Shown here: positions 30,074 to 40,068 of the stretch, in pieces
How the letters are laid out: every line of letters begins with the position of its first letter
How positions within the stretch are numbered: position 1 is the first letter of the stretch
From: Acidobacteriota bacterium
GTDB lineage: Bacteria > Acidobacteriota > UBA6911 > JACQSX01
NCBI GenBank assembly: GCA_036507075.1
Contig: DASXQR010000088.1
Location: forward strand, 2,253-66,252
Direction of reading: 5' to 3'
DNA length: 64,000 nucleotides
The notes under the pieces: generated by a model
The model's input: only the letters and a program-made list of their open reading frames with translations
Database searches by the model: none
Told to the model about the DNA's origin: nothing
Translations under genes and position numbers: made by a program

Positions 30074-30652
30074 TCACCGCCGAGGCGCCGAGCACACCGA
30101 GGTTCGCGGAGTGGAGCCGTCGTTGGCCCGCGCCGCGCGCACTTGCTGCCCGACCCGGGAACCCCATTCCTGACCGGCAGAAGTGCGCCCTCCGGGGCCC
30201 AATACCGCCAAGTCGGTTTGAAGCTGCGCATCATATCCAGGAGACGAATCGGGAAACCCTGTGGCCAGGTCCGGAAACTCCCCGGCTAGCACAGCGTGCG
30301 CCGCGCTGGAGGCTGCCGCGTAGAGATCGCCCTGCGGGGGCGCGTCTTTGGAAGGCACGAGCGCGTGTTCGCGGCCTGTGTGTTCGCCCTGACGTGACAT
30401 GATGCCGTTTACCGCGTCATAGATGGCGACATTGACCATCGCATACAATCGCGCAGCCACTGCATCGCTTCCCTGCTTGACACGCACGGTTTTCAGCGCA
30501 AGCTCATTCCATGAGCACATCGGGTCCAGTCCGGGTGCAGGTGGGCTGGATCGGGCGGCCGGGCTCCCCATGGCCGCAGCGAGCAGGACGATGGCAAACG
30601 ACAGAACTCTGGCGAGGAGCCTTCTCGAGCGAATTGTGCGAATGACGTTCAT
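30074..30652 (-). pseudogene. N-terminal fragment of a vanadium-haloperoxidase/PAP2-like protein
   Basis: WNELA..., ARLYAMVNVAIYDAVNGI, AAASSAAHAVL, RANDGS; the frame then enters a repeat arm; catalytic C-domain absent. Confidence 0.8.
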
Positions 30653-30850
30653 GACCCCCTCCTTTTTCTCACGAGGGTTCCGGCGTCGAATCGATATGGC
30701 TGTTTCGGTTCGACACGGGCTGTTCGTGGAGAAAAGGTATATCAATGAGCAAGCTTCAAAGAGGGTTCAATTTCTATTCAAATTTTTTTCAAAAGGCTTT
30801 CAAAATCGTTACCGGAAAGATGCCATTTCCTGACGCTTCAGACACTGGCT

Positions 30851-30920
30851 GGGAGCGCACGCTTCCAGCGTGCTATCCGGCAACTGACTCGCAACAGGCA
30901 CGCTGGAATCGTGCGCTCCC
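30851..30920. repeat. REP doublet (REPIN-like)
   Basis: GGGAGCGCACGCTTCCAGCGTGC-N24-GCACGCTGGAATCGTGCGCTCCC. Confidence 0.85.
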
Positions 30921-30985
30921 GGGATTGGAACAAAGACGACTGGATTGACGTCTAAAGTGCTGACCCTGGCATTGGAGCGTGGATT

Positions 30986-32629
30986 ATGACGTCAAAAAAA
31001 GCACCCTTCCTTTATTTCTGCCTCGCGCGTCCCAACTGTTCTCTTCGGCTCTGTTACCTGCTGATTCTCACTGGGACTCTGCTTCCATCGACCGTTGTTC
31101 ACGCACAGAGTCCCAGGGTCGTAGTGGTCAATCCTTCAAACGGGGAGCTAAGGCGTGCCGCGCATCGGCTTCGGATTTCTCCGGAGCACCTTCTGCAGGC
31201 CCGGCAGGCGCTGGAGAGGGCAACGGATGTGTGCATCGACTGGATCCAGGAAACGCCGGAAATAACAGGCCGGATGCCGGAAATGTACAGCCTTCCACAT
31301 CTCTGGACGCGATTGAACCGCCCCAAAGCCGCAAGTCAACTCGTTTCCATCCTCGAAGCGCTCCGCGCCCGCGCGGCGCGCGCAACCAGCGCGGATGTCT
31401 ACAGAACATTGACAGAAGCGGCGCAGCCGCTGGTGGGTCCGCTCTGTTTCCTGGATCTTCCCAAGGCCCGTCAGATCGTTGAGCAATGGCCGCCGCGCCC
31501 GAAGGATGCCGACGCGGGATCTCCATCTGCGCCTAGCCGAGCCCGTTACAACGAACTGCACCGCGCGCTGTGGCTCAGTGTTTCCGCCTTCGACCCGGAT
31601 GCTGCATGGGCATCCGTGAACTCGCTGCAAGAGGGTGTGCCCGAAGACGCTCCGGCGGCCTACATCGCGCAAAAACTGCTGGAGAGGAACCGGCGCGCCG
31701 ATGCGGAAAAAGTGATCGACGAAACGCTGCGGAATTTCGGCATGCTGACAACCAAGAATGCCAATAGCTTTTCGGCGTTTCTGGCAGGAATTGGCTGGGC
31801 CTTCCCCGACCGGTTTGAGCGCGCGCTCGTTCAGGCATTGCCCCTTCTTATCCAGATAGAGGCACGCGCCCCGTCCATTGAATTGGATGTACGTGGCCAA
31901 AAGTTGCATCTAACGCCCGGAGAGAATCTTTTTATCAATACCTTGCGTTCGATCCAGAGCCGGCCGGACGCCGTGGCAAGGGTTTTATCGGCAGTTCCCG
32001 AATTGCGCTCAAAGCTTGATGCCGCAGGTGGAATCGATTATGTCCTCAATCCGGAGATAAAGTTTGAGAACAACCTGCGGCAGAATCCGTACGACTTCGG
32101 TCAAAAAATGACATCCGACCTTGTCGCCTCCGGATCGAACACTCCGGCAGGACTGCGAGCTGCTCTTCAGCGACTGCCTGACGTGCCGGACCAGTTCCTG
32201 GTCGCGCTGTCAATCGCCCAGTCACAAAATTACAACGAACCGGAGCTTAGTCATGAGGCACTCGAAGTTGCCAGGACCCTTCTGATGAAATTAGAACCCT
32301 TGAGCACGCGCGCGGAGAAATGCGGCGTGTTGCTGGATGTGTGGCTCCGCTGCGAAGGAGAAATCGACAATGGCCTGCTTCAGGAAGCTTGGACTATTCT
32401 CAGCCAGCTCCGCAAAGCCGAGGCCGAGCCGCCTGCGCGAATTCCTGAAACCGGGCAAGCAACGGCAGAACGCCTGCGTCAGGCAGCCGACCAGTTTGAG
32501 ATTACGGCCGTCGTTTACCGGAGTGCGGCTGATTTTAGTGGAGCCTTGCAGCACGTCAACACGATCCCGGATGCAGTTCGCCGTTTTCGCGCACTGATCC
32601 GGCTGGCCGAAGTGCTTTCGTCGAACTGA
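30986..32629 (+). CDS. Hypothetical secreted alpha-helical protein
   Basis: 547-aa ORF with a signal-like segment ending VHA-Q. Confidence 0.7.
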   Translation: MTSKKAPFLYFCLARPNCSLRLCYLLILTGTLLPSTVVHAQSPRVVVVNPSNGELRRAAHRLRISPEHLLQARQALERATDVCIDWIQETPEITGRMPEMYSLPHLWTRLNRPKAASQLVSILEALRARAARATSADVYRTLTEAAQPLVGPLCFLDLPKARQIVEQWPPRPKDADAGSPSAPSRARYNELHRALWLSVSAFDPDAAWASVNSLQEGVPEDAPAAYIAQKLLERNRRADAEKVIDETLRNFGMLTTKNANSFSAFLAGIGWAFPDRFERALVQALPLLIQIEARAPSIELDVRGQKLHLTPGENLFINTLRSIQSRPDAVARVLSAVPELRSKLDAAGGIDYVLNPEIKFENNLRQNPYDFGQKMTSDLVASGSNTPAGLRAALQRLPDVPDQFLVALSIAQSQNYNEPELSHEALEVARTLLMKLEPLSTRAEKCGVLLDVWLRCEGEIDNGLLQEAWTILSQLRKAEAEPPARIPETGQATAERLRQAADQFEITAVVYRSAADFSGALQHVNTIPDAVRRFRALIRLAEVLSSN

Positions 32630-32782
32630 GATTCACTGCCTCGTGCGTTAGGCGCGTATTGACCGAATAATACGAGTGCCATTAGTCGCGTTTCTCCGGG
32701 CCGCTACAAGCGGCCTGAGAGTTGATGCTAAAATTCTGGTCCGGAGTGAATTTTTTCATATTTCAGCATCCGGTTTCCAGTC

Positions 32783-33457
32783 ATGAGTACCCCGTACTTC
32801 ACGCCGGAACTATTTAAATTCTTGCGGGAACTGAAGCGAAACAACAATCGCGAGTGGTTCCTGGCCAACAAGACGCGTTATGAAACGCAGGTACGTGATC
32901 CCTTCTTGCGTTTTATCTCCGATCTCGGTCCGCGGCTTGCGAGCATCAGCAATCGGTTTGTGGCGGATCCCCGGCCGAGCCGCGGTTCGCTTTTTCGCAT
33001 CTATCGGGACGTTCGCTTCTCTGCCGACAAGAGCCCCTATAAAACGCATGTTGCCGCCCGCTTTCCGCACCGCGACGCAGGCAAGAAGATCCACGTGCCA
33101 GGTTTCTATCTCGGACTGGAGCCCGGAAAAAGCTTTGCCGCTGCCGGCTGCTGGCATCCGGATCCTTTGACGTTGAGAAAAATCCGCGATGGCATCATCC
33201 GCCGGCCCGATGCCTGGAAGGAGATACACCGCCGGCAAATCCCCGTTGAAGGAGACGTGCTGAGCCGTGCGCCGCGAGGATACCCGACTGAGCATCCGCT
33301 TATCAAAGATATCAGGCGCAAGGACTTCATTACCTGCGTCGATTTCACTGACAGCCAGGTCTGCGGCACGCGCTTCCTGGAAGACTTTGTTTATGCCTGC
33401 CGAAATATGAGCCCGCTGGTAGAGTTTTTGACGCGTGCATTGGCGCTGCGTTGGTGA
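32783..33457 (+). CDS. DUF2461 family protein
   Basis: FLRELKRNNNREWF; FRIYRDVRFSADKSPYKTH. Confidence 0.92.
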   Translation: MSTPYFTPELFKFLRELKRNNNREWFLANKTRYETQVRDPFLRFISDLGPRLASISNRFVADPRPSRGSLFRIYRDVRFSADKSPYKTHVAARFPHRDAGKKIHVPGFYLGLEPGKSFAAAGCWHPDPLTLRKIRDGIIRRPDAWKEIHRRQIPVEGDVLSRAPRGYPTEHPLIKDIRRKDFITCVDFTDSQVCGTRFLEDFVYACRNMSPLVEFLTRALALRW

Positions 33458-33749
33458 GCGAAGCTCAGGGCTTCGCCCTGCCTTTTGGACATTTCACAGT
33501 CTGGTCCGGCTGGATTCCGGCGGTGTCAGAGCGCGAGTGTAAGTGAGGGGCCCGTCTGGCTTCCATTGCACCCTGCTTCCGGCAGAGGTAAAATTGCTCC
33601 ACATCGATCAAATCAAGTCTCCTGCCGAAACCCAGGTGAGACCGTTCAGACCGGTTTTGATCTGCGCACCGGTAGGCAGATCTAAAGGAACACAGCCAGG
33701 CAGTTGTTATAATCTGAGTTAAGAAACCACAGATGTTACAGGAGGAAGT

Positions 33750-34817
33750 ATGGACAGCATCTTGCGAAGGCTCCGCAACATGGATCATGTAAAAAACTTG
33801 CGCCGCCGGGTTTCCGGTACAGTGCTCGTGGCATTGCTGGCGGTCGGCCAACTCGTTATGGGCGGAGAGCCGGGAGACTTTCCGGCCAAGACCCCGAGCG
33901 GAAACAAGTCGGATTTCAAGCTGAAAACAGCGTTGCATTCGGTCAGCTATGCCGGATTTTGGCGCGGTCAGGCGCAGCTTTCAGTCGATGAGTTTCTCCT
34001 CAAGGCCAAAGAGCTTGGCTTTGACGGAGTCGTGCTTGTGGCCAAGCGGCCGCATTTGTCTCTGCTCGATTATGATGACGCGGGGCGCAAGAAATTGCGG
34101 GCGCGACTCAGCGAGCTGGGACTGGAGCTGGTCGCGCTGGCCGGATATACCGATTTCACGGCGGGGCTGGACAGGCCCGGCATTCCACACACTGAAATTC
34201 AGGCCGAATATGTCGGACAGTTAGCCAGGATGGCACGCGATCTGGGGACCAACATCGTTCGCATCTTCACCGGCTACGAACGTTCTTCGGTTCCCTACGA
34301 CAGGCAGTACGCCACTGTGGTGGAAGGGCTGAGACTGGCGGGAAGAGAGGCGGCAAAATACGGCGTTACGCTCGCAGTGCAGAACCACCATGACATCGGT
34401 CTGCACCACGAGGAAATGTACTGGCTGCTGAAGGAAGTGAACATGCCCAACGTCCGGGCCGGCTGGGATGCATGGTCTCCCACTCTGGAAGGCCTGGACC
34501 CTCAGGGTCTGCGCCAATCGATTCTGAAAATGAAGCCGTACATCGTCCACACGATCGCCGCCGATTACGTCCGCGTGCCCCGGTTTCAGTACAAGCACGA
34601 ACTGACTAATTACTCCGCCGGAGAAAGTTTGATGCGGGCCGTTCCCATGGGTCAAGGGATCATTGACTACAACACATTTATCGGCACGCTCAAGGAAATC
34701 GGCTACCAAGGCTACATTACCTACGAAATGTGCGAGGTCCTGGATGGAGGCGGATCCGTCGAGAATCTGGACAAGACCGCCAGAAAGTTTCTGGATTTCG
34801 TGCAAAGGTTCAAATAG
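33750..34817 (+). CDS. Sugar phosphate isomerase/epimerase (xylose isomerase-like TIM barrel)
   Basis: AKELGFDGV, LAVQNHHD, GQGIIDY...GYQGYITYE; start codon uncertain. Confidence 0.88.
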   Translation: MDSILRRLRNMDHVKNLRRRVSGTVLVALLAVGQLVMGGEPGDFPAKTPSGNKSDFKLKTALHSVSYAGFWRGQAQLSVDEFLLKAKELGFDGVVLVAKRPHLSLLDYDDAGRKKLRARLSELGLELVALAGYTDFTAGLDRPGIPHTEIQAEYVGQLARMARDLGTNIVRIFTGYERSSVPYDRQYATVVEGLRLAGREAAKYGVTLAVQNHHDIGLHHEEMYWLLKEVNMPNVRAGWDAWSPTLEGLDPQGLRQSILKMKPYIVHTIAADYVRVPRFQYKHELTNYSAGESLMRAVPMGQGIIDYNTFIGTLKEIGYQGYITYEMCEVLDGGGSVENLDKTARKFLDFVQRFK

Positions 34818-34925
34818 GGCAGACTCGGTAGCAAGCGGGCCCCCGGCGTCATTGGTCATCTGTCATTGGTCATCGGTCCGCGGGCGCCGGTCCATTCAGT
34901 ATGAAAATTCACGAGGCTTGGTGTC

Positions 34926-35843
34926 TTGGTGGTAAAAAAATCTGAACCACCAAGACACCAAGTCAGGTTTCTACTAATGGCGGGATTCATTCTTTTGTGC
35001 GCGTTGATGGCGCAGTCGCAGAATCCGGGGTTGCCGTTTGAGACTTCGGCGCGGGGGGAGTTTCGCAGGGATATTGAGTTTGCAAATATCGGCGGCGTCA
35101 GTCTCACGCTCGATGCCTGGATTCCGGAAGGCGCGGGTCCTTTTCTATCCGTCATCGTGGTGCATGGCGGTGGATTCGTCAACGGCAACAAACAAACGTA
35201 CGTCAAGCCGCTGTTTGCCCCACTCGCCGATGCCGGATTTGTCTGGTTTACCATCAATTACCGCCTGGCTCCGCAGTACCGTTTCCCTGCCGCCGTTGAA
35301 GACGTGCATCGCGCCATTGAATTTGTAAAGATGCATGCCCGTGAGTTCAAGGCGGATCCGCATCGCCTGGCATTGGTGGGAGAATCGGCCGGGGGCTATC
35401 TTGTGTCCTATGCCTGCGCCGAAAACAAGCAGGATTCAAACGTCGCGGCTGTGGTCTCCTTTTACGGCCCGCACGATTTTGAGTCGCGCGCCCGAACCGA
35501 AGGAAAGCTGTCCGATTCGGCCAAGGCTTTCTTCGGCGTAACGGAACTGGATGCTTCGGCCTTTTCGGTATTGCGGAAGGTTTCCCCCATCAATCTGGTC
35601 AAGCGGGACACGCCGCCGTTCCTGCTGATCCATGGCACTCAGGATGCCCAGGTTTCGTATCAGCAGTCCGTGCTGATGTGCGAAAAGATTCGCAAGGCCG
35701 GCGGGCAGTGCGAACTCTACACGATCCAAGGCGCCGGGCACGGAGTGGGAGGCTGGGAAGACAAGCCGTATACGGGCGCCTATAAGCGCAAGATGGTGGA
35801 ATGGTTGCGGGAGACGCTGAGCGCGGCAAAGCCGAGGCATTGA
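34926..35843 (+). CDS. Alpha/beta hydrolase (HSL/BD-FAE-like esterase)
   Basis: VHGGGF, GESAGG nucleophile, HGTQDAQV, GAGHG; true start possibly 34977. Confidence 0.9.
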   Translation: MVVKKSEPPRHQVRFLLMAGFILLCALMAQSQNPGLPFETSARGEFRRDIEFANIGGVSLTLDAWIPEGAGPFLSVIVVHGGGFVNGNKQTYVKPLFAPLADAGFVWFTINYRLAPQYRFPAAVEDVHRAIEFVKMHAREFKADPHRLALVGESAGGYLVSYACAENKQDSNVAAVVSFYGPHDFESRARTEGKLSDSAKAFFGVTELDASAFSVLRKVSPINLVKRDTPPFLLIHGTQDAQVSYQQSVLMCEKIRKAGGQCELYTIQGAGHGVGGWEDKPYTGAYKRKMVEWLRETLSAAKPRH

Positions 35844-35893
35844 GAGTCACCAATTAATCACCACAAAGGCACCAAGGACACAAAGGAGGCACC

Positions 35894-36544
35894 ATGCACA
35901 AAGAGATTCTTGTGATGCGTTTTTTGCCGGCGCTGTTGCTTTCTTTTTGCCTCGCTCTGACGACGAGTACGGTTCCTGCGGCTGAAAAAATCGCCGCCTC
36001 TGCCGATGAAGTTTGCCCCCTGCTGATCGGCGCCAAAATTCCAAAAGTGATCTTTACGCGTGTGGATGGAACTCCCTTCGATCTGTCCGCTGCGGTCTCG
36101 CAGAAACCGGCTGTCTTGATTTTCTACCGCGGCGGCTGGTGACCGTACTGCAACAGGCAGTTGGGTCAACTGCAAAGCATTGAGCCGCAGATACTGGAAC
36201 TGGGATACCAAATCATCGCTGCCAGCACGGACCGTCCCGAGAAGTTAACACCGACCGCCGATAAGAATAAGTTGAAATACCAGCTTGTTTCCGACAACAC
36301 AATGGCCGGCGCCAAAGCTTTCGGGATCGCGTTTCAGGTGGACGCCAAGATGCTGCACAACGCTCCCCAGTTTAAGTCCATGCTGGAGGAATCCTCCGGC
36401 CTGCAGCACCATCTTCTTCCCGTTCCAGCCGTGTTTCTGATCGGCACAGACGGCGTCATCAGTTTTGAATACATCAATCCGGATTACAAAATCCGGCTGC
36501 ATCCCGATGTCCTGCTGGCGGCGGCCAGGGCTCTGAAAAAGTAA
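35894..36544 (+). CDS. Selenocysteine-containing AhpC/TSA peroxiredoxin-like protein (UxxC), exported
   Basis: ORFs 35894-36142 and 36161-36544 are one frame: FYRGGW-TGA-PYC; downstream LPVPAVFLI..G.I.F motif; SECIS-like hairpin follows. Confidence 0.9.
36140..36173 (+). promoter_or_regulatory. Bacterial SECIS-like element
   Basis: UGA at 36140-36142; stem GCAGTTG-GGT-CAACTGC at 36157-36173 with a G-leading loop 21 nt after the UGA. Confidence 0.8.
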
Positions 36545-36682
36545 TCTCTTCGTTGCGCGACGCTGACATTAATCAGCGTAGTTCGCGGAAATCGGCGGCT
36601 GGTTCTATCCGTGTTAATCCGCGGAAATCGGCGGCCAGTTCTCGGGTCGATCACCACAAAGACACAAAGGACACAAAGAGGA

Positions 36683-38449
36683 TTATTCCGTCCGCGTGTT
36701 CACAGCGTACGCGATCTTGCCGCCCAGAATCGTGGTCACAACTCGCGCCTTGGAGATTTCATCTTCAGGAATCGACAGAATATCTTTGGAGAGGACGGTG
36801 ATGTCCGCCAGTTTTCCAGGCTCCAGCGAGCCTTTGGTGCCTTCCTCAAAAGCAGCGTAGGCGGCACTGACCGTGTAGGAGCGCAGCGCCTGCTCGCGGC
36901 TCATGCGCTCCCCGGGGAAGAAATAAGAACCGTCACGCAGCCTGCGGGTCACCGAAGCGTAGAAGCACGCAATCGGATCGACGTCTTCCACGGGCGCGTC
37001 GGTTCCGTTGCTCACGACGGCCCCGGAACGGATCAGGCTCTGCCACACGTAGGCGCCTTCCCTGGCCCGCTTCTCTCCCAGACGCTTGACAACATAAGGG
37101 CCGTCTGAAGTGCAATGAATTCCCTGCATTGAAGCGATGACCTTGAGTTGCGCAAAACGCGGGATGTCGGCCGGGTGCAGGTGCTGGGCATGTTCCACGC
37201 GCCAGCGAAGATCCCCGGCACTTGCGTTCTTGAAGGCCTCCTGGAAGATATTCAGGGTTTCGCGGTTGGCGCGGTCTCCAATGGCGTGCACGCATAACTG
37301 AAAGCCGTGCTTGAGCGCCAGGCGCGCCGTTTCACGAATGACCGCAACGGGCGTTGTGTTCAGGCCAGTGCTGTCGGGGGCGTCCGAATAAGGCTCCAGG
37401 AGCCACGCTCCGCGTGGCCCGAGGGCGCCGTCGATGGCGTGCTTGATGGCGCGAACCGTGAGCCGTTTTTCCCCCAGATCTATGAGGCGGTAATCGGACA
37501 GCTTGCGGGCCAGTCCTTCGTTGCGTACACGGATCATCACCCAGAGCCGCATCCCCAGCTTGCCGTCCCGGGCAAGGCGTTTGAGGAGATCGATGGTCTC
37601 AAACGAAGATCCTGCATCCTGGAAACTGGTGACACCCTTGGACAGGCATTCTTTTGTCGCCAGTTCTACAGCCCGCAGTTCTTCGGCTTCCCTGTCGCCG
37701 GCGGACAAACGATCCCGGCTATTCGACTGGGCCTGTCGCACTAATCCCTGGCCGGTTTCGCGCAGCATGCCCGTGGGCTCGCCGCTGGCGTCGCGCAGGA
37801 TTTCGCCGCCGGGAGGGTTGCGCGTGTTCCGTGTGATTCCGGCAAGCTCCATCGCCTTGGCGTTGGCGAATGCAGCGTGACCGCTGGCGTGCGTCAACAG
37901 CACCGGATTTTGCGGAGCGGCCCTGCTCAGGGATTGATGAGTGGGGAAACCTTCAACATTCGGCTGCGGGACCCGATCCCACTTTTCCTGATGCCATCCG
38001 CGACCCAGAATCCATTGGCCCGGCTGCGCCTTGCCGGCCGCCTGGCCGACCATGGCCACGATCTCATCCCAGTTTTTAACCTGCATCAGGTCGAGCATCA
38101 TCTTCGACTGCCCCAGGCCGAGGAAGTGCCCGTGGCCTTCGATGAATCCCGGAATTGCCAGCTTGCCTGACAAATCGGTAACCCTGGTGGACGGGCCTAT
38201 GAGTTTTCGAATTTCTGCATTGCTGCCGACAGCAATGAGGACCTCGCCCCGGGCAGCCAGCGCCTCGGCTTGTGGTTGCTTCGGGTTCATGGTCACAATC
38301 TTCCCGTTCACCAGAACCAGATCGGCCGCGCGTTCCGGTGACTGGGCGAGATTATTGTTAAGAGCACCGGGCGTCCCGATTCGCGCGGTACAATGAAGCC
38401 CCGACAGGACGATCAGGACAAGCGCAAGGATACGGCCGCATAGCTTCAT
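36683..38449 (-). CDS. YtcJ-like amidohydrolase (Amidohydro_3)
   Basis: PGFIEGHGH, DGALG.RGA, HAIGDRAN, RVEHAQ, GTDAPVE, GSLEPGKLAD. Confidence 0.93.
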   Translation of the reverse strand: MKLCGRILALVLIVLSGLHCTARIGTPGALNNNLAQSPERAADLVLVNGKIVTMNPKQPQAEALAARGEVLIAVGSNAEIRKLIGPSTRVTDLSGKLAIPGFIEGHGHFLGLGQSKMMLDLMQVKNWDEIVAMVGQAAGKAQPGQWILGRGWHQEKWDRVPQPNVEGFPTHQSLSRAAPQNPVLLTHASGHAAFANAKAMELAGITRNTRNPPGGEILRDASGEPTGMLRETGQGLVRQAQSNSRDRLSAGDREAEELRAVELATKECLSKGVTSFQDAGSSFETIDLLKRLARDGKLGMRLWVMIRVRNEGLARKLSDYRLIDLGEKRLTVRAIKHAIDGALGPRGAWLLEPYSDAPDSTGLNTTPVAVIRETARLALKHGFQLCVHAIGDRANRETLNIFQEAFKNASAGDLRWRVEHAQHLHPADIPRFAQLKVIASMQGIHCTSDGPYVVKRLGEKRAREGAYVWQSLIRSGAVVSNGTDAPVEDVDPIACFYASVTRRLRDGSYFFPGERMSREQALRSYTVSAAYAAFEEGTKGSLEPGKLADITVLSKDILSIPEDEISKARVVTTILGGKIAYAVNTRTE

Positions 38450-38527
38450 GGGATGGCTCCGTGGAAGAGAAAAACTTACCATCTTTGCGGCCTTTGTGGT
38501 GAAAGATCTTGAACCACAAAGGCACAA

Positions 38528-38646
38528 CGCGGCAGAGCCGCAACCAAACGCGTCATCGGTCATCAGTCATTCGTCATTAGTGTCATTAGTCATTCGTCAT
38601 TAGTTAGAGAATCTTGCTAAAAAAACAAGAAATCGCCAACAGGTTA
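38528..38646 (+). mobile_element. Fixed-frame element with GTCATYR heptamer core, flanked by CACAA direct repeats
   Basis: CGCGGCAGAGCCGCAACCAAA...AACAAGAAATCGCCAACAGGTTA; CACAA at 38523-38527 and 38647-38651. Confidence 0.75.
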
Positions 38647-38704
38647 CACAAGGTCACAAAGACCCGCGGATCATCGCTGCGGCGAACGCGGGGACCATAA
38701 TTCA

Positions 38705-39742
38705 TTATTTCGGCGGCAAAACGCGCTTAGGGATCTTCAGCGCCATCGAGCCGGCGACGGTGACGACTTCATACTCGCCTTGATAGCCGATCAGAAGGTG
38801 CGCGGCCCACGGTTCCAGCTTGTAATCTTCGACGAGCCACTTTGCCATGTCGCTGGTGGCAAGTTGCAGCCCGCGATTCAGCGAGCTGGCAAACTCCGGC
38901 TGGCTGCCGACGCTGATGATGTAATCTGACGTCTCCACGCGCGGGCCCGTCAGATTCGCCTTTTTGCGAATCTGCGTCGTGAATTCCACGTCCAGCGACG
39001 TCTCAATCCCTGTGCCGGTCGGCTCGCCGTCGGCCTGAAGCGCGTGCCCATCGCCGATGAATAACAGCGCGCCGGGATGGTACACGGGAAGGATCACCGT
39101 GGAACCTTCGCCGATTTCGTTGTAATCGAGATTTCCGCCGTAGGAGCCCGAAGGGGCAGAAGTAGGCGCAAATTCGCCTTCAGGAGCAACCCCCACACAG
39201 CCAAGCATCGGCTTGGCCGCAAATTCCAATTGCATCGCCCGGCTTGACGGCTCCCGCAGGCGCACGGTCTTACGCTCCGGATCGATGTCCCATGGCACCA
39301 GATTGGAGCGGCCCGGACGAATCAGGTCGTCCTTGTACCGATTGGGATAGAGAGTTTCAATCGAATCGGGAGCGAGCGAAAACAGGCCGAGACGGTAAGC
39401 CGACCAACCCCACTTGCGATTCAACTTTAACTTTGTAAATCGCACCAGAAGCGCGTCGCCGGGCTCGGCGCCGTCGATGTAAAAGGGCCCGGTAAGCGGA
39501 TTACTCGGCGTTGAAAGACGCGCATCCTTTTCATCCTGTCCGCCGGCATCCAGAGTCTTAGTCGCGACCGTGTCACCCGGGCGCACGCGCTTGAGGACAG
39601 GATGTGCGGCCGAGAAAGTGTGATGATACTTAGTGGCAGCTACCTGATGAGTCTCGGCCATGACTGGTCCTTCCAAGAACAGAAAAAGCGTTATCGGGAA
39701 TAAAGAGAAGATCGCCCACCGGAAAGCAGTTTTCAATTGCAT
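38705..39742 (-). CDS. Acetamidase/formamidase family protein
   Basis: NPLTGPFYIDGAEPGD, PMLGCVGVAP, GGNLD, GDGHALQADGE. Confidence 0.92.
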   Translation of the reverse strand: MQLKTAFRWAIFSLFPITLFLFLEGPVMAETHQVAATKYHHTFSAAHPVLKRVRPGDTVATKTLDAGGQDEKDARLSTPSNPLTGPFYIDGAEPGDALLVRFTKLKLNRKWGWSAYRLGLFSLAPDSIETLYPNRYKDDLIRPGRSNLVPWDIDPERKTVRLREPSSRAMQLEFAAKPMLGCVGVAPEGEFAPTSAPSGSYGGNLDYNEIGEGSTVILPVYHPGALLFIGDGHALQADGEPTGTGIETSLDVEFTTQIRKKANLTGPRVETSDYIISVGSQPEFASSLNRGLQLATSDMAKWLVEDYKLEPWAAHLLIGYQGEYEVVTVAGSMALKIPKRVLPPK

Positions 39743-39757
39743 GACGTTACTCCTTTC

Positions 39758-39838
39758 TTGAGCACGAATTACACGAATTTCACGAAGTAATTAAAGAAGA
39801 TTCGTGAAATTCGTGAAATCCGTGAAATTCGTGCTCAA
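39758..39838. repeat. Inverted 9-mer array hairpin (CACGAATTT type)
   Basis: TTGAGCACGAATTACACGAATTTCACGAA ... TTCGTGAAATTCGTGAAATCCGTGAAATTCGTGCTCAA. Confidence 0.9.
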
Positions 39839-40068
39839 CCCCCGAGAAATATCCTTAACAACTTCCACTTATATATCCGAAAATAAAGCATAAATTAAAT
39901 CACGTCCGTTGGGCCGACAAAAAACTGACGCGGATCACATATCCCCCAGCGTCCTGAACAGGTAGAATTTTCTCCATCCTTTCATAACTGGACTCATTTT
40001 TTGAAGCACTGAACGCGTTTGGCGCCGAAGGAACGCAAGAGAAGGGCGGAGGCTGAGGAGAGTCCACC

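Noticed and set aside
33460-33750. Long intergenic region as a riboswitch or ncRNA
   Set aside because: I could not match any known aptamer consensus by eye; an Rfam search is needed
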